Of a stretch of DNA of 64,000 nucleotides, positions 25,255-37,327 are shown piece after piece. The notes beneath the pieces are model-generated. The model was not told where the DNA came from, did no database searches, and worked only from the letters and a program-made list of their open reading frames with translations. Within the stretch, counting starts at the first letter, position 1. Each line of letters starts with the position of its first letter. This DNA comes from Lama glama (taxonomy: Eukaryota), in contig CM052816.1 of the NCBI GenBank assembly GCA_028534125.1, forward strand, positions 81,780,001 through 81,844,000, written 5' to 3'. The position numbers and the translations under genes were made by a program.

Positions 25255-25360
25255 GGTTAAGGAGGGAAGGGAAAGAGGAAGGAAGGAAGAGAAGGAAGGA
25301 AGGGAGTAAAGGCAGGGAAGGAGGGAGAGAAGGAAGAAGGCAGGGAGGCAGGGAGGAAAA
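25255..25360 (+). repeat. Polypurine (GGAA/GGGA)n low-complexity tract
   Basis: About 100 bp of almost only G and A. Confidence 0.85.
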
Positions 25361-26776
25361 TTCTTCCAAAAACCCCGTTTTGGAAAACTCAAAATTAGAG
25401 GATTGCGCACTTGCAGGTGACACAAGATTACGGGAGCATATATGGCTGCCCGTCCAAGGCCCAAGGGTGAGAAGGTACCTCCTCCAGGGGCCATCACCCT
25501 CCCATCCTGTGCGTCTCCCCAGCCCAGGAGCCACACAACCACACTGAGACCCCCCCAACAAGGTGTGCTGTGCTTGCAGACCAGAGCCCGGGCCCCTCTG
25601 CCACCGTCTGTTTCCAGGCCCTGCGCATCTGCTGAGCTCTGGGGTGTCCCATCACTCAGCACCTCCCTGGGCTGGAAGCTGCCCGACCCCGACTCCACCT
25701 CCACTGGGAAGACCCTCACTGTCACTCTCCCCAGGGAGCCTGCCAAGGTGCTTTGAATCGTTCATTGGTGGAACAAAATTTGTTGAGCTCCTGCTGAGCA
25801 TCAGGCTCAAAGAAGATATAAAATACAAGTGCTTTGACGTCAGGCCCTCAAAAAGCTTAGGCTCCACTGTGGTCGAGAACAGGAGTCGTCACCTCCTAGG
25901 AGAGGTGCCTGAGAACTGGGTTGGGGGGGCTGGTGGACAGAGCTGCCAGCAGACAGACCAACAGGATGCACGAAACAGATGAGCCCCAGCCTGGGCAGGG
26001 ACTGCTGTGGGCAGAAGGGACCAGACATGTGGAATGAATTAGGGAGACAGGCAGGAGCTGGAATTAACAGCACAATAAAAACAAGAGTTAATTCGCCCTC
26101 AGAAGCCGGGGCACTTTACAGGGCGCGAGGCTGGGCTGATGGGTCCCGGCTGACTCCACTTCCTGACGTGAGGCTCCCAGGAGAACCACAGCCCTGCACA
26201 GCTGGCGGCTCCTGGGGAGGAAAGGGACAGCCAGGGCTGACCTCGGGCACACCCGGGATGCGGGAACTCTCTCTGGTGTTCTGGAGGGGTTGGACCAACC
26301 ACAAAACCACCTTGACCGTTCTTTTTCATTGTGAGACTTTTCCTTAAGAATGTGCTGAGTGTCACATCAGCCAAGGAGCTGTCAAAGCCCCTGGGAATTG
26401 CCATTAATATATTCTTAATACACTGTAACCTGCTGGCCCCTGTCATCCCTGATTTGACACAAAATTCTAAAATGCAGACAGTGCTGTTTCTATTTTGTTT
26501 CCTCATATTTGCTTAATTAAGTGGATTACTCATCACACTGAGGGTTCTTCCAATTCCTGCCCCCAGGGGACATTGTGTCTTTTTCTTGGCCACCCAGCAT
26601 GGCCACCCTGCTCCAGCGACTTGCAAGGAGGGGCTCCCCCATGTCATGTGTAAGGCAGTGCCCTGCCTCTTCCCAGGCTGGCCATCACAGGACAGCCAGG
26701 ACCCCAGCCCACCAAGGATGGAGGCATGGCCCTCTCACCTTGGACTTGGGACCTAAGAGTTCTCTAGAAGGAGCTC

Positions 26777-26791
26777 TCTGTAGGGGGCAGC
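26777..26791 (+). promoter_or_regulatory. Candidate CTCF site
   Basis: tCTGTAGGGGGCAGC fits the CCASYAGRKGGCRS core, with tolerated deviations at the 5' end; motif only. Confidence 0.35.
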
Positions 26792-27039
26792 ACTGTGGGG
26801 CCATATGCGGCAGGACATTGTCCAGGGATACCCAGCAGTACAGTGGGTGCTGAGTCTGCCTGGCGTCCCCAGACCATCCCTGTGAGCCACCTGGCTGTCA
26901 TCACACAGTCCCCTGGAGTTTCTCCCTTCCTATCTTCAGGCCCTGTTGGCTCTGTGGGCTATCCAATATCCTTTCAATTAATTCTTTTCCTTTTTTTTAA
27001 ACAGACCCATATTTTTATTAACCACCCTAAATGTTAATT

Positions 27040-27571
27040 TTTGTTTGTTTGTTGTAGTTGTGCAGCAAAGTGATTCAGTTTTATATGATATATGTATGTA
27101 TATATGTATGTATACATGTATATGTATATATTAATATATATATACTCTTTTTCTGATTCTTTTCCGTTGTAGGTTATTACAAGGTATTGAATATAGTTCC
27201 CTTGCTATACAGTAGTAGGACTTTGTCATTTATCTGTTTTATATATAGTAGTGTGTATCTGTGAACTCCAAACTTCTAATTTATCTCTCCTCCCCCCTTT
27301 CCCCTTTGGTAACCATAAGTTTGTTTTCTATGTCTGTGAGTCTCTTTCTGTTTTGTAAATAAGTTCATTTGTATCATTTTTTTACATTCCCACATATAAG
27401 TGATATCATATGATATTTGTTTTTCTCTGTCTCACTTATTTCACTTAGTATGATAATCTCTAGGTCCATCTATGTTGTGCAAATGGCACTATTTCATTCT
27501 TTTTATGGCTGAGTAGTATTCCATTGTATACATATACCATATCATCTTTATTCAATCATCTGTCATTGGAC
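27040..27571 (-). mobile_element. L1 3' fragment (cetartiodactyl type) containing a (TA/TG)n tract
   Basis: 'taggttattacaaggtattgaatatagttccc...ggtaaccataagtttgttttctatgtctgtgagtct' is the reverse complement of the L1 3' UTR seen at ~43600-43900. Confidence 0.92.
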
Positions 27572-30500
27572 AAATAAATTTGTTTTCTGCTTCAAGCATC
27601 CAAAGGAAGTCTGTTCCTCCATCAAGCACTAGAGTGTCCCCATGGCTGACATGACCACAGCCCCTCAGAGGCCACAGGACTCTGGGTGGGCCAGTGGAAT
27701 GGCTGGTCAGTGCTGGCGTGAGGTCTTCCCAAGCTCCTCTCCCCCTTCCTTTGATCTAATTATCCACCAAATAGTAATGAACAATAATATTGGTTGGTAG
27801 GTGTTGGGGATGTGGTGGTGAACAAACCGTAAAGGGTCCTTACGCTCAGAGAGCCACCGCCTTTGTGCAACTGGCCTTTAGAAAACATCTGAGTTTCTCA
27901 ACCCCATCTTACCCCCAGGCTGCATTCTCAAAGGTCTCTATGTCAATGGGAAGCACGTGACCTTGAGCTCTGCACAGACACTCAGAGACACACACCAGGT
28001 CCTGGAGGCCCCTTGGCCACCTGTCCCTGCAGTACTTCACCTGAATCCATCTTCTTTTAGCCCTGCTCTTGCCTTTCCCCATCAGAACCAACCTTTTCCG
28101 TGTCCCATTCCTGGACAGCCCTGGGGCCATCTGGAGGTCTAAACTACAGCCATTGCCACCTTAGTGGCCAGTAATTTAATAGTCAAGGCTTTTTACGAAA
28201 TCTGAAGACAACAATCTTCTGTACGTAATCCCTAGAACCCAAAATTTTGACCCTAATTCTCAGAACTGGAGTCAATGGGGACAGTTGTTCACGGCCACAT
28301 CTAACTCCCTAGAGCAGGGAGCACACAGCCTTCTGTCCCACCTTCTCTGCCCATGCTCCCTCTCCTTTCTCCCCTGACTGCACAGCCAGGCGCGGCTCCC
28401 TTCACCAGCAGCTAATATCTGCCCCTCAGAAATCGTTATTTCCTTTCATGGAGAGATTGGCAAATTGCTTTTGGAAAAGGGGGGCATGGTTTCCCTTCCC
28501 ACTGAATCTATCATTCACATTAGGTTCAGTCCTTTTTAAGAATGTTTACTTTGAGAGAACAAAGTCTGTTAACTACAGCTGTCTGTTTTCCCCCTCAGAA
28601 AAAATACAACACACCATCTAAAGATTAAGGGAAAAAAACTGAAATTGATGTAGATAATTGAAGTCCACTAATCCACAGACTTGGAGGCTCCGGGAGCAAA
28701 GCGTGCGCAAAAAGAGGAGGAGGGGACAGAAAACAGGTGACATTTGTGCAAAATATGGTGTTCTACGTGTGCTCCCTTCAAACTCTGCAAACACCACTTT
28801 CTCCAAAACACTGGTCCAAATGGCCATCGAGACTTGTAAGCCCAAGGAAACTTCTTCAGGCTTCATGTTTCCGTTTTTACCCCCATCCATTCTCCCCACG
28901 TGATAATTTGCTCATGTCTACAACAAAAACAAAGAGCCATCCAGAAATGGCCGTCGAAGCCAAGGAAGTTCAGACCCCAACACAAATGAGGAGCTGCTTG
29001 TCATCAAGGGCAAACTAGACCACAAGTTCTGAACGTCTGTGGTCTGTCCACAGGGCGGACCCTGGGAAACCTCCAAAAGGCGGTCGTCAGGTGGCCATGG
29101 GCACTGCTGCCCTGTCATCGACGGCGCTGCCTGTAATTTTCAAGCAGGACGCCCCACATCACACAACCCCAACATCCTTCTCTGTGCTTTTTATAACATA
29201 AATGCTGAGTTTTCGCTGAACAAGCCCTCACTTGTCCAAGCCTCAGATAGTCTGTTGTATATAACACATGTAGATTGGTAGTTTTATTGACTTTTGAAAC
29301 ACAGCAAATGCCATTCAAGGAGGAGTTTGGTGTCGTTTCACAGAAACACTTAAGTCATCCATTGCAAGCCCTGGAAGGGACTTTCGTGGTGTAATTTAAC
29401 CTACTCATCTAACCAATTCTTTGGATGTGAGTCTAGGAAAGGTGAGTGTTGCATGTAAGTTTATGCAGATCATTCTAGAAAGAGTAATCATCAGAGTCCT
29501 GGCTCTCAGATTTCTGAACCAGAGCTCTCTTCGCTTGGAGAGACCAGAGTCCACAACTGAACCTTTTAAAGGGACAACCTATTGGCCATGGTAAAAGAAA
29601 AGCAAAAGAAGTTACTTAAAATACAGAAAGAAGCGAGCAGCCTGATGATAGCCAATGAAGCTAATACAGCCTCTCAATTAAACCTTCTGCACAGAAGCCA
29701 AATTGTGGAATTTGAATTCCTCTGCTCATGTTCCGAAAGAGCTCCTAATAGCTGTGGGTGACCCAAAGGAGAAAAACAACAGAGGAAAAAGACAGCAGAG
29801 AGCCTGGGAAGTCCAGCCTCAGACACCCACGCCCAGGGCACAAAGGGATGCCCACAGGCTTCCCTCTCCTCCAGGGGCCCATGGCTACCGTGGGCATTTT
29901 ACCCCCTCATTCTTGTGATCCCTATCAGGATGAGGTGGTGGGGGGGACTCAGGTCCCTAACAGCTGTCCCCTCCTGAGGAGAGAGAGACTACAGATGGAA
30001 GAGTGACCGGTTGCCAAGGGCTGCCAGCAGAAGCTGAAAGGCGCTACACGAAGCCCAACATCATTATTATTAAACCTACAATTTAAAACCAATTATGCTT
30101 TGCAGAAGACTGCGGCCTCCATTTAAACCACTCCTGGAGGAAAATAAAAAGCCGGTTCTACAGAGTTCAAGGCAAGCGACAGAAGCGCTGATGCCACATG
30201 AAGCTGGGATTCAGGCACAGATTAATAACAATGACCCTGGGTTCCCACTCAGATGGGAGCAGGACAATGGAAAGCAAATGCTCCAGAATGAAAGCAAGAT
30301 GCAAACACTCTCTGTTTAATGAAAAGCAGCTAGGTCTCCTTGCACTTTCAAGGTGAATTTACCTATTTGCCTCAGTGGGGAAAAGCCTAATGTGTAAGTC
30401 AGAGGTTCCAGCCTGGGAGTCAGGCCCTCCCAACAGTGCTGGCTGGAATGAAGAAAAAAAACAACAACAAAGCAAGATTTGCTAACATCTAGAAATCGGG

Positions 30501-30914
30501 GTTTTCCATGCAAAAATTCTGAATTTGCAGCTTCTCTTGACAAACTGGATTTTCCAGGAACACTATGGCAAAGACTGTCTAGAGCCAATGCTTAGCTGTT
30601 GTGCCTTTAGATAGATGGATGGATTGGCACCTGCTCTCTTGTTCGCCCCAGGCTCCACCACTCTCTCTCGCCTCCAACCAAGACCCTGCATCTATTGCTC
30701 TTATCACCTTAGAAAAAGGGTGACAAAGAATGTGAAATCTTTCTTAAAATGGCGTCTCCATCAAAAATGTTCCTGTACTAGTCCCACTTCACTTATTTAC
30801 ATTCTCCATCTGACATATCTTAGATGTGCTCGTTTGACTCCTGACCCAAATGCTCTTTAGTGTCCTGCAGCTGCTGAAAATATGAGTCATAGAAAAGTCA
30901 ATGTCAATCTGAAT

Positions 30915-31270
30915 AATATTTATCAACTGCCTACTGGGTTCAAGAGACTGCCCTGGGCCCTGGGGGAGGGACTCAAAGATAATTGAGGCCCCTTGCTTCA
31001 CTGTGGGCTTTCCAGCTCAAAAGACTGGGTAAAACCCTGGAGAAGATGATGTCATAAGAAAGGCATAAACCACCGTGGGCTTCAGAGGAGGCAGAAACCA
31101 CATCTGGTCGGGACATCAGGAAAAGTTACATGGCTGAAGCAGCATTTGGAATGGGCTTTGAGGAAGGGGTGGTATTTTAACAAGTGAACAAGGAAAGCAA
31201 GAGAGAGCTGCGCAAGAGGGAACAAGGTGAGCAACTGCAAAGGCAGGGAAACGCCAGGGTGTGCAGGGAA
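30915..31270 (-). mobile_element. L2 fragment
   Basis: 'atttatcaactgcctactggg', 'atcaggaaaagttacatggctgaagcagcatttggaatgggctttgaggaa', 'tgcaaaggcaggga'. Confidence 0.6.
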
Positions 31271-31719
31271 CAGGCATAACCCTCCCGCAAAGACAGAAAA
31301 ACTTGGAAAGAGAGGGGTTGGGCTGCTGAACTTCTGGTTCTGTTCCCACCTCCTCCCTGAGCCCAACTCCTACAGAGGCAGCATCTTAACTCCTTGATGA
31401 CAACTGAGTGATGCAGAGAGGCCACCCTCACAAAAACCTCCTGTACTGAGAACAACCCCCGGACCACCTCCCCGGGTGCAGATGCCACAGAATGGGGTTA
31501 GGGCTTGAGGTTAGTGATCAGCAGTGCTGGCCTCGCCTAGACTCCATTATTCAAAGCAGCGTTAACTGGGACCCAGGTCCCTGCGCGGGGGATGCCCCAC
31601 TATGCTACACGGTCCTTGTCCATCAAAAGGAAACTGACAAACAGGAAATTAGCAAACACGTGGGCTTAGCATCATCTTTCCACCCAGTTGCTGATGTAAA
31701 AAGTCTTGGAATTCAGACT

Positions 31720-32325
31720 TGACTTCCCATCCTATCCCATCCCAACCCATCCATCCTCAGAACCCATAGTCTCTACCCTTAAAATGCATTCTGAGTCCAA
31801 ACTCTTCTCAATATCTGCACTGATGTCACTTTAGCCCAGGTTGCCTAGGCCTAGACCACTGTAAGCGCCTCCCAACCGGTCTTTCTCCCTGCTTCTGCCC
31901 TTACCCCTCAGAGTCTGTCCTCTGCACCGGTAGAAAGTCAGTTTGATCATGTTACTCTTCTGTGCAAGACACTGAACAGCATCCTATCACACTTAGGCTT
32001 TCAAAGTGCTAAATAATCTTATTCCTGACTACCTCTTCCCTTCATCTGCTGCTCTGCTCTCTTTGCTCCAGCTACTATCATTCAGGTATTTACTGAGTCC
32101 CTACCAAGTACCCAGCAACCCTCTAGGTGCTAGGAATACACCAGGAACAGGGATCAACTTGTACTTTCTTAAATGCAGAGAAAATGCTGCTGCCTCAGGC
32201 CCTTTGCACTTGCTGTTCCCTCTGCCAGAAACAATCTGTGACTCAGGTTTACATGGATCCTCACCTCATACCATTTACTCAGCCCTTCCCAAACACCCTA
32301 CCTAGAACAGCACACTTACCTATCC
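31720..32325 (+). mobile_element. L2a fragment, with a short nested antisense L2 end at ~32078-32150
   Basis: 'cctcccaaccggtct...gatcatgttactcttctg', 'gcctcaggccctttgcacttgctgttccctctgcc'. Confidence 0.75.
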
Positions 32326-32825
32326 NNNNNNNNNNNNNNNNNNNNNNNNNNNNNNNNNNNNNNNNNNNNNNNNNNNNNNNNNNNNNNNNNNNNNNNNNNN
32401 NNNNNNNNNNNNNNNNNNNNNNNNNNNNNNNNNNNNNNNNNNNNNNNNNNNNNNNNNNNNNNNNNNNNNNNNNNNNNNNNNNNNNNNNNNNNNNNNNNNN
32501 NNNNNNNNNNNNNNNNNNNNNNNNNNNNNNNNNNNNNNNNNNNNNNNNNNNNNNNNNNNNNNNNNNNNNNNNNNNNNNNNNNNNNNNNNNNNNNNNNNNN
32601 NNNNNNNNNNNNNNNNNNNNNNNNNNNNNNNNNNNNNNNNNNNNNNNNNNNNNNNNNNNNNNNNNNNNNNNNNNNNNNNNNNNNNNNNNNNNNNNNNNNN
32701 NNNNNNNNNNNNNNNNNNNNNNNNNNNNNNNNNNNNNNNNNNNNNNNNNNNNNNNNNNNNNNNNNNNNNNNNNNNNNNNNNNNNNNNNNNNNNNNNNNNN
32801 NNNNNNNNNNNNNNNNNNNNNNNNN
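32326..32825. other. Assembly gap, exactly 500 N
   Basis: Counted N run. Confidence 0.98.
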
Positions 32826-33010
32826 ACCTGGGGAGAAGGGGACAATCTGAGAAGAAGGTGGAGGCAGAGTGGACAGGACTTGCTGATGGAAGGGTGTGGG
32901 TGAGAGACGCAGGAATGAGGGCTGGTGCTGCATTTCTGCACTAGGGCGATTACCAAGTGATGCCATCTGCCGAGATGGGAAAATGCAGAAGAGAAACAGA
33001 TTTGGGGGAA
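32826..33010 (-). mobile_element. L2 fragment
   Basis: 'ggaggcagagtggacaggacttgctgatgg...gatgccatctgccgagatgggaaa'. Confidence 0.7.
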
Positions 33011-33897
33011 GCAGGGCCCCGCATTCCAACTCTCTAAAACAACCTCAGTCTGAAAACTATCCTCATTCTTAGCTTCCTCATTAGTAATAAATACTTATTG
33101 ACTAAATGCAACATTAAGGCACTGCTACTGATTCACTTTTTTAAAAATCTGAGATATGGAAAGTGGGAAAAAATTTGCCAAGCAGGTGTAAGTTGATTGC
33201 ATTTTAGATTTCAAAAAGATAATATATAAATATATAAATGCTAGTTATCAAGGGACTTGTATTTTCCACTTTATACTTTCCTTATTACTTTTTATAACAA
33301 TTTTTTTTTTTTAGAAAGAAGGAGTTACTTCTTTGAAGTCAGGCTTTGTGTTTCCAAAATGCCTCTCTGAAAATGCACAGCGTACCTCCTCCTGGAAGCC
33401 ATAACCTATTAGGACATCTGAAGGGAAGGAACGGAGTCGGGAAGGCAAAAGACACAAGCCGAGTTGATTATGCAGACAGCCCCATGCAGGATGCCCTGAG
33501 CGCTTTCCAGTCAGCTCTCACAAGAGTCCGCCACTAATGCATTCAGATTCCAATCTGCCTTTCCTACTTGCTTCATCAGTTCTCATTTTTTAAATGTGGC
33601 ACACTCACTGTGGAGGCATGTTTAAACTCAGAGAGGGAGGGTCTTTGTTCTTACTTAGCTCCAAGCTGCTCCCTCCTTTAGCTTCATCCCATCAAGATAA
33701 GCTCAGTCATTAATCACCTTCTCCAGGAAGCCTTCCACAATTATCCCAGGCTATTAACAACTTTTTTTTTTCCTGGTCTCCATAAGCATGCATCATACCA
33801 ATTATAGCACGTACCAATTATAGCACAAAAATTAGTCCTACTAATTTCTGAATATGTATCTGTTTCCTCCATTAGGTGGGAACTTAGAGTGGACGCT

Positions 33898-34368
33898 TGT
33901 CGTGCTTTTTGTCTACCCAGTGCGTTCTGATCCGTTTGCTGTGTGTACAGAACTTCCCAACTTACACATCTTTAAGGTAGAGGCAGAAAGCTGTTTTTCC
34001 AGTTTCCCTTGCCAGCTACGGTCCCGGCACGTGAGCTGGGCTCTGCCAATCAGATGTAAGAGGCGCGAAACAGTGGTTGCCTTGTGGAAGCCATTTTGGT
34101 AAAGGCAGTGGCAGGCATTCTACTTTCAGAGACATCAGCAGCAGAAAATCTTAAAGTAGTGTCTTGCCCTCAAGTGACACTTAATATCAAGCACTGGTGC
34201 CCACCCACCAATAGGAGCAGAAGGGTCTCTGTAGCAGTGATATCCCAAACTGGCTGCTCTGCTTCCAAGCCAGTTCTGCCTCTGTTGGATCCTCCTTAAT
34301 AAATGACTTCTCTGCTTAAACCAGGGAGAGGGGATTCTGCTGTCTGCAACTAAAGTTCTTAACTAACA
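33898..34368 (+). mobile_element. ERVL solo LTR (LTR33-like) inserted in an L2 (~33700-34510)
   Basis: 'ttcccttgccagcta...ggcacgtgagctgggctctgccaatcagatg' and 3' end 'aataaatgacttctctgcttaaaccagggagaggggattctgctgtctgcaactaa'. L2 sequence flanks both sides. Confidence 0.75.
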
Positions 34369-35108
34369 ACTGAGGTCCTCAAGGCACGGATGGAATCCAT
34401 TCGTTTCTCTATCCGTCTTGTCTAGCAAAGTGTTATCCCCTGTCCACCTACCAGAATACTGATTTGAATTATTAAAGGTGCTCAATTATGTTGAATAAGT
34501 GAAAAAAAATGAATGGAGAAGCCAGACCGCAAATGATTAGGTTCTCAAATCCCCATTCTTTCAGCGATCATTCAAAAGTGTTATTCGTCCAGTAAGTCTG
34601 CTGGCTAATTAGAGGAGACACTCAGGAATGTTGTTTCTCACAGTGATTGTCAAATTAGGTTCCTCTGGAAGATTGGTGGTTTCCATTGCTAAAACTAGGT
34701 AGTAGCGAGTTTTTCCAAATACATTAAAAGAATTTATTTGGTACGTGGAATTTTGTCAGTTTCAAGTTTCCACTCAGAAAGTCTCAAAACTCTGGCACCT
34801 GCTACTGTTTTGTCAGCAAGTACAGTGGATGAAAAACATAATTGAGCAAGTAAGCAAATATTAGAGCAAAAATGCAAAACTGCAGGTCTGCTTAGTTCAA
34901 CAAATTTCCGCCTTTCCACGCGCATTGTGTTCACCGCCCACTTAACACAGCATCCTATTTCCTGCTAGTAAAGGTGTTCTTAGTTCCTATAATGGAATCC
35001 ACTGATTCAACCTTGTACTGAATGGACACCATTGACTTACAAATTCTTGGCCACCTGAACATTTTTGAGAACTGCATTTCTAAAGTCCCTGCCACTGTGC
35101 ACTCGCTC

Positions 35109-35483
35109 TGTGATGGGCTGAATTGTGTCCCCAAATCCGTCTGTTGAAGCCCTAACCAGAAGTACCTCAGAATGCAACTGAATTTGGAGACGTGGCCTTT
35201 AAAAAGGTGATTTCATTAACATGAGGCCCTTAGGGTGCCCTAATCCAATATGCCTGCTGTCTCCACAAGAAGAAATGTGGACATACCAGGGGCATGCAGG
35301 AAGAAGACCATCGGAGGACACAGAGTCACCTGCCAGCCGACAAGAGAGGCCTCAGGAGAAGCCAAAAGCGTCAGCATATTGATCTTGAACTGCCAGCCTC
35401 CAGAAGTGTGAGGAAATAAATTTCTGTTGTTCAAGCCCTCCGGTCTGTGTTATCTTGTTATGACAGCCCTCAAAACAAATACA
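35109..35483 (+). mobile_element. MaLR solo LTR (MLT1B-like)
   Basis: TG...CA ends; 'tgtgatgggctgaattgtgtcccc', 'cagcctccagaagtgtgaggaaataaatttctgttgttcaagcc'. Confidence 0.9.
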
Positions 35484-36769
35484 CCTTCCTTCTAGCTTCC
35501 TGGCCTCAGATCTGAGCTGCAGACACACAAGGGAGCCGCCCTGGTGCTCCTGGCCCAGGCCTGCCTCCTGCCCCGCTTTGCTCTCTGCACCCCTGGCTGG
35601 GAAGGCGGAGGAACAAACCCCAACTGTGCTCAGGGGGTACACCCCGCTGGCCCCTCTGCATCACCAGCCCCCTCAGAGAGTCATGCCTCTTACTACGAGC
35701 ACCCTCCTTCCAGTGCTCTTTCTGGACAGCACAAATACCATGGGGAGGAGTGACCTTCAAATTCCAGGGACGTGACTGAGTTACACAGAGGAGCGGACAG
35801 CAGTCAGCCGGCACAGGACCCCTGTGCGAGGCTGCGGGGGCATCAGGACCGGAAGAGACGCACAAAGAGGCGGCGGGAGGAGCCCCAGGACAAACTGCCC
35901 ACTTCAAAATTGTCTCTGGCCTTGTGCTGGCTCCTAGGCTCCTGCCAGAGACAGTGGTTTCTGGGCTGAGGGAGCATTTTAAGAGGGAGTCTCTGGGTGG
36001 TGAGGGCCCTGGTGGTTAGAGAGGCTCCCCACTCACCCAGCCCGGCGCCCTCTCCCCGGGTTCCCCTCCCAGATGCCTGCACCGCTGGTGCAGCTGCTCT
36101 GACTCAGCCTCGGGGCTCTGCTGCGCCAGCCCGGACCCACTCTAACCAGGCCTCCTGGAGGGCGGCTGGGGACGCAGGGAGGCACTGGCTTTCCTTCAGT
36201 GAAGCCACGTGGTGTCTCTCTTTGCAGTCAGTAGAGATGGAGAAGAAAGAAGGACGGGTTCAAAGACAGCTTTAGAAACAGTGAGCAGAACCTGATGGCT
36301 GGGGGTGACGGGGTGGGAGGTGGGGACCAGGAGGAGCTCAGATCACTCGGGTTCTGCCCGAATAGTAGGGTAGACCATGAGGACTCTGTTAGCAGGGACT
36401 CCTATATATAGGAGTAATTTTGGAGATGATGCTAGCTTTTATTACATCAGTTTTCACATTATAATGAATATACTTATGTCTCTTTCTCCAACCAGACTGG
36501 TTACTTCCTGAGGTCAGAGACAGCATTTCAGGCACTGAAACTGCAGTGCCTTAGACACCATAGAGACAAAGTTTCGGGCCTTTCTCTAGGCTCCAGGCAC
36601 GAGTCCGAGCACCCATTCAGCACTTACATAACAGACATTAACTGGGAGCCCACCAGGTGTCCAGGGACTGGATCAAGCGCTGTATGAGGTCTAGAATTGC
36701 ACAGGCCAGACACACAGCCGGCACACAATATATGCTCGTTGCCTCCTGGGTAAAGATGTTGAAGGATGG

Positions 36770-37327
36770 CATATTAACTATATTTTCCTATTTTCTGTAT
36801 TCTTGATGCTCCGGTATCTGGGCGCTTGCTGACTTGGGAGAGACTACCCCTCCCAGGGCTAGCCAGTTCCTAGAAAGAGCAACCCCCTGCCTTCGAGCCC
36901 ATGCTTCACATGCAAACCAACCAGCCCAGAGCCCCATCTCCCAACTGCCTCCTTTCTCAAGCTCCCACACTTGACCCCTGCTCTAATCACCCCGGAACCT
37001 AATCACTCCGGTGGTACCAGACACCTTGGGGCATTCCCTAAACAGGAGCCTGATGAATCACTCAAACAAAACAATCCTAAGCCTGCTTGCCCCACCTCAC
37101 CCAATCCTTCCCACAAACACCACAATAAAGGATTTGCCCCACACTTTCTCTTCACTCTCCTGCTGCCTCCTGACCATCTCTGGTGCTTCCCCAGGGGTCC
37201 CGCGTGGCATGGTGTGCCTTCTGTTTCTAGGGACTTGTGCGTACGCATTTCCATCACCATAGCCATTTCTGTGTCTGTGTGTCTTACCAGGCGTGATTAA
37301 AGCAAATCCTGGGTACATTTTTAAACA
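36770..37327 (+). mobile_element. ERVL solo LTR, MER74A
   Basis: Collinear with recalled MER74A ('tattttctgtattcttgatgct', 'ccctcccagggctagcca', 'atgcaaaccaacc', 'ccacaataaagg'). Perfect 5-bp TSD GATGG at 36765-36769 and 37328-37332. Confidence 0.9.

Noticed and set aside
24923..25982. Cluster of 100-212 aa ORFs on both strands
   Set aside because: Explained by a polypurine tract and high GC; low-complexity translations with no recognisable domain.
28900..29160. CpG-containing stretch with a protein-like read 'NEELLVIKGKLDHKF'
   Set aside because: In-frame stop follows, no convincing splice-site pair, and no family recognised.
32127..33029. Long ORFs spanning N runs (also 4403-4939 and 50898-51602)
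   Set aside because: Artefacts of translating gaps.
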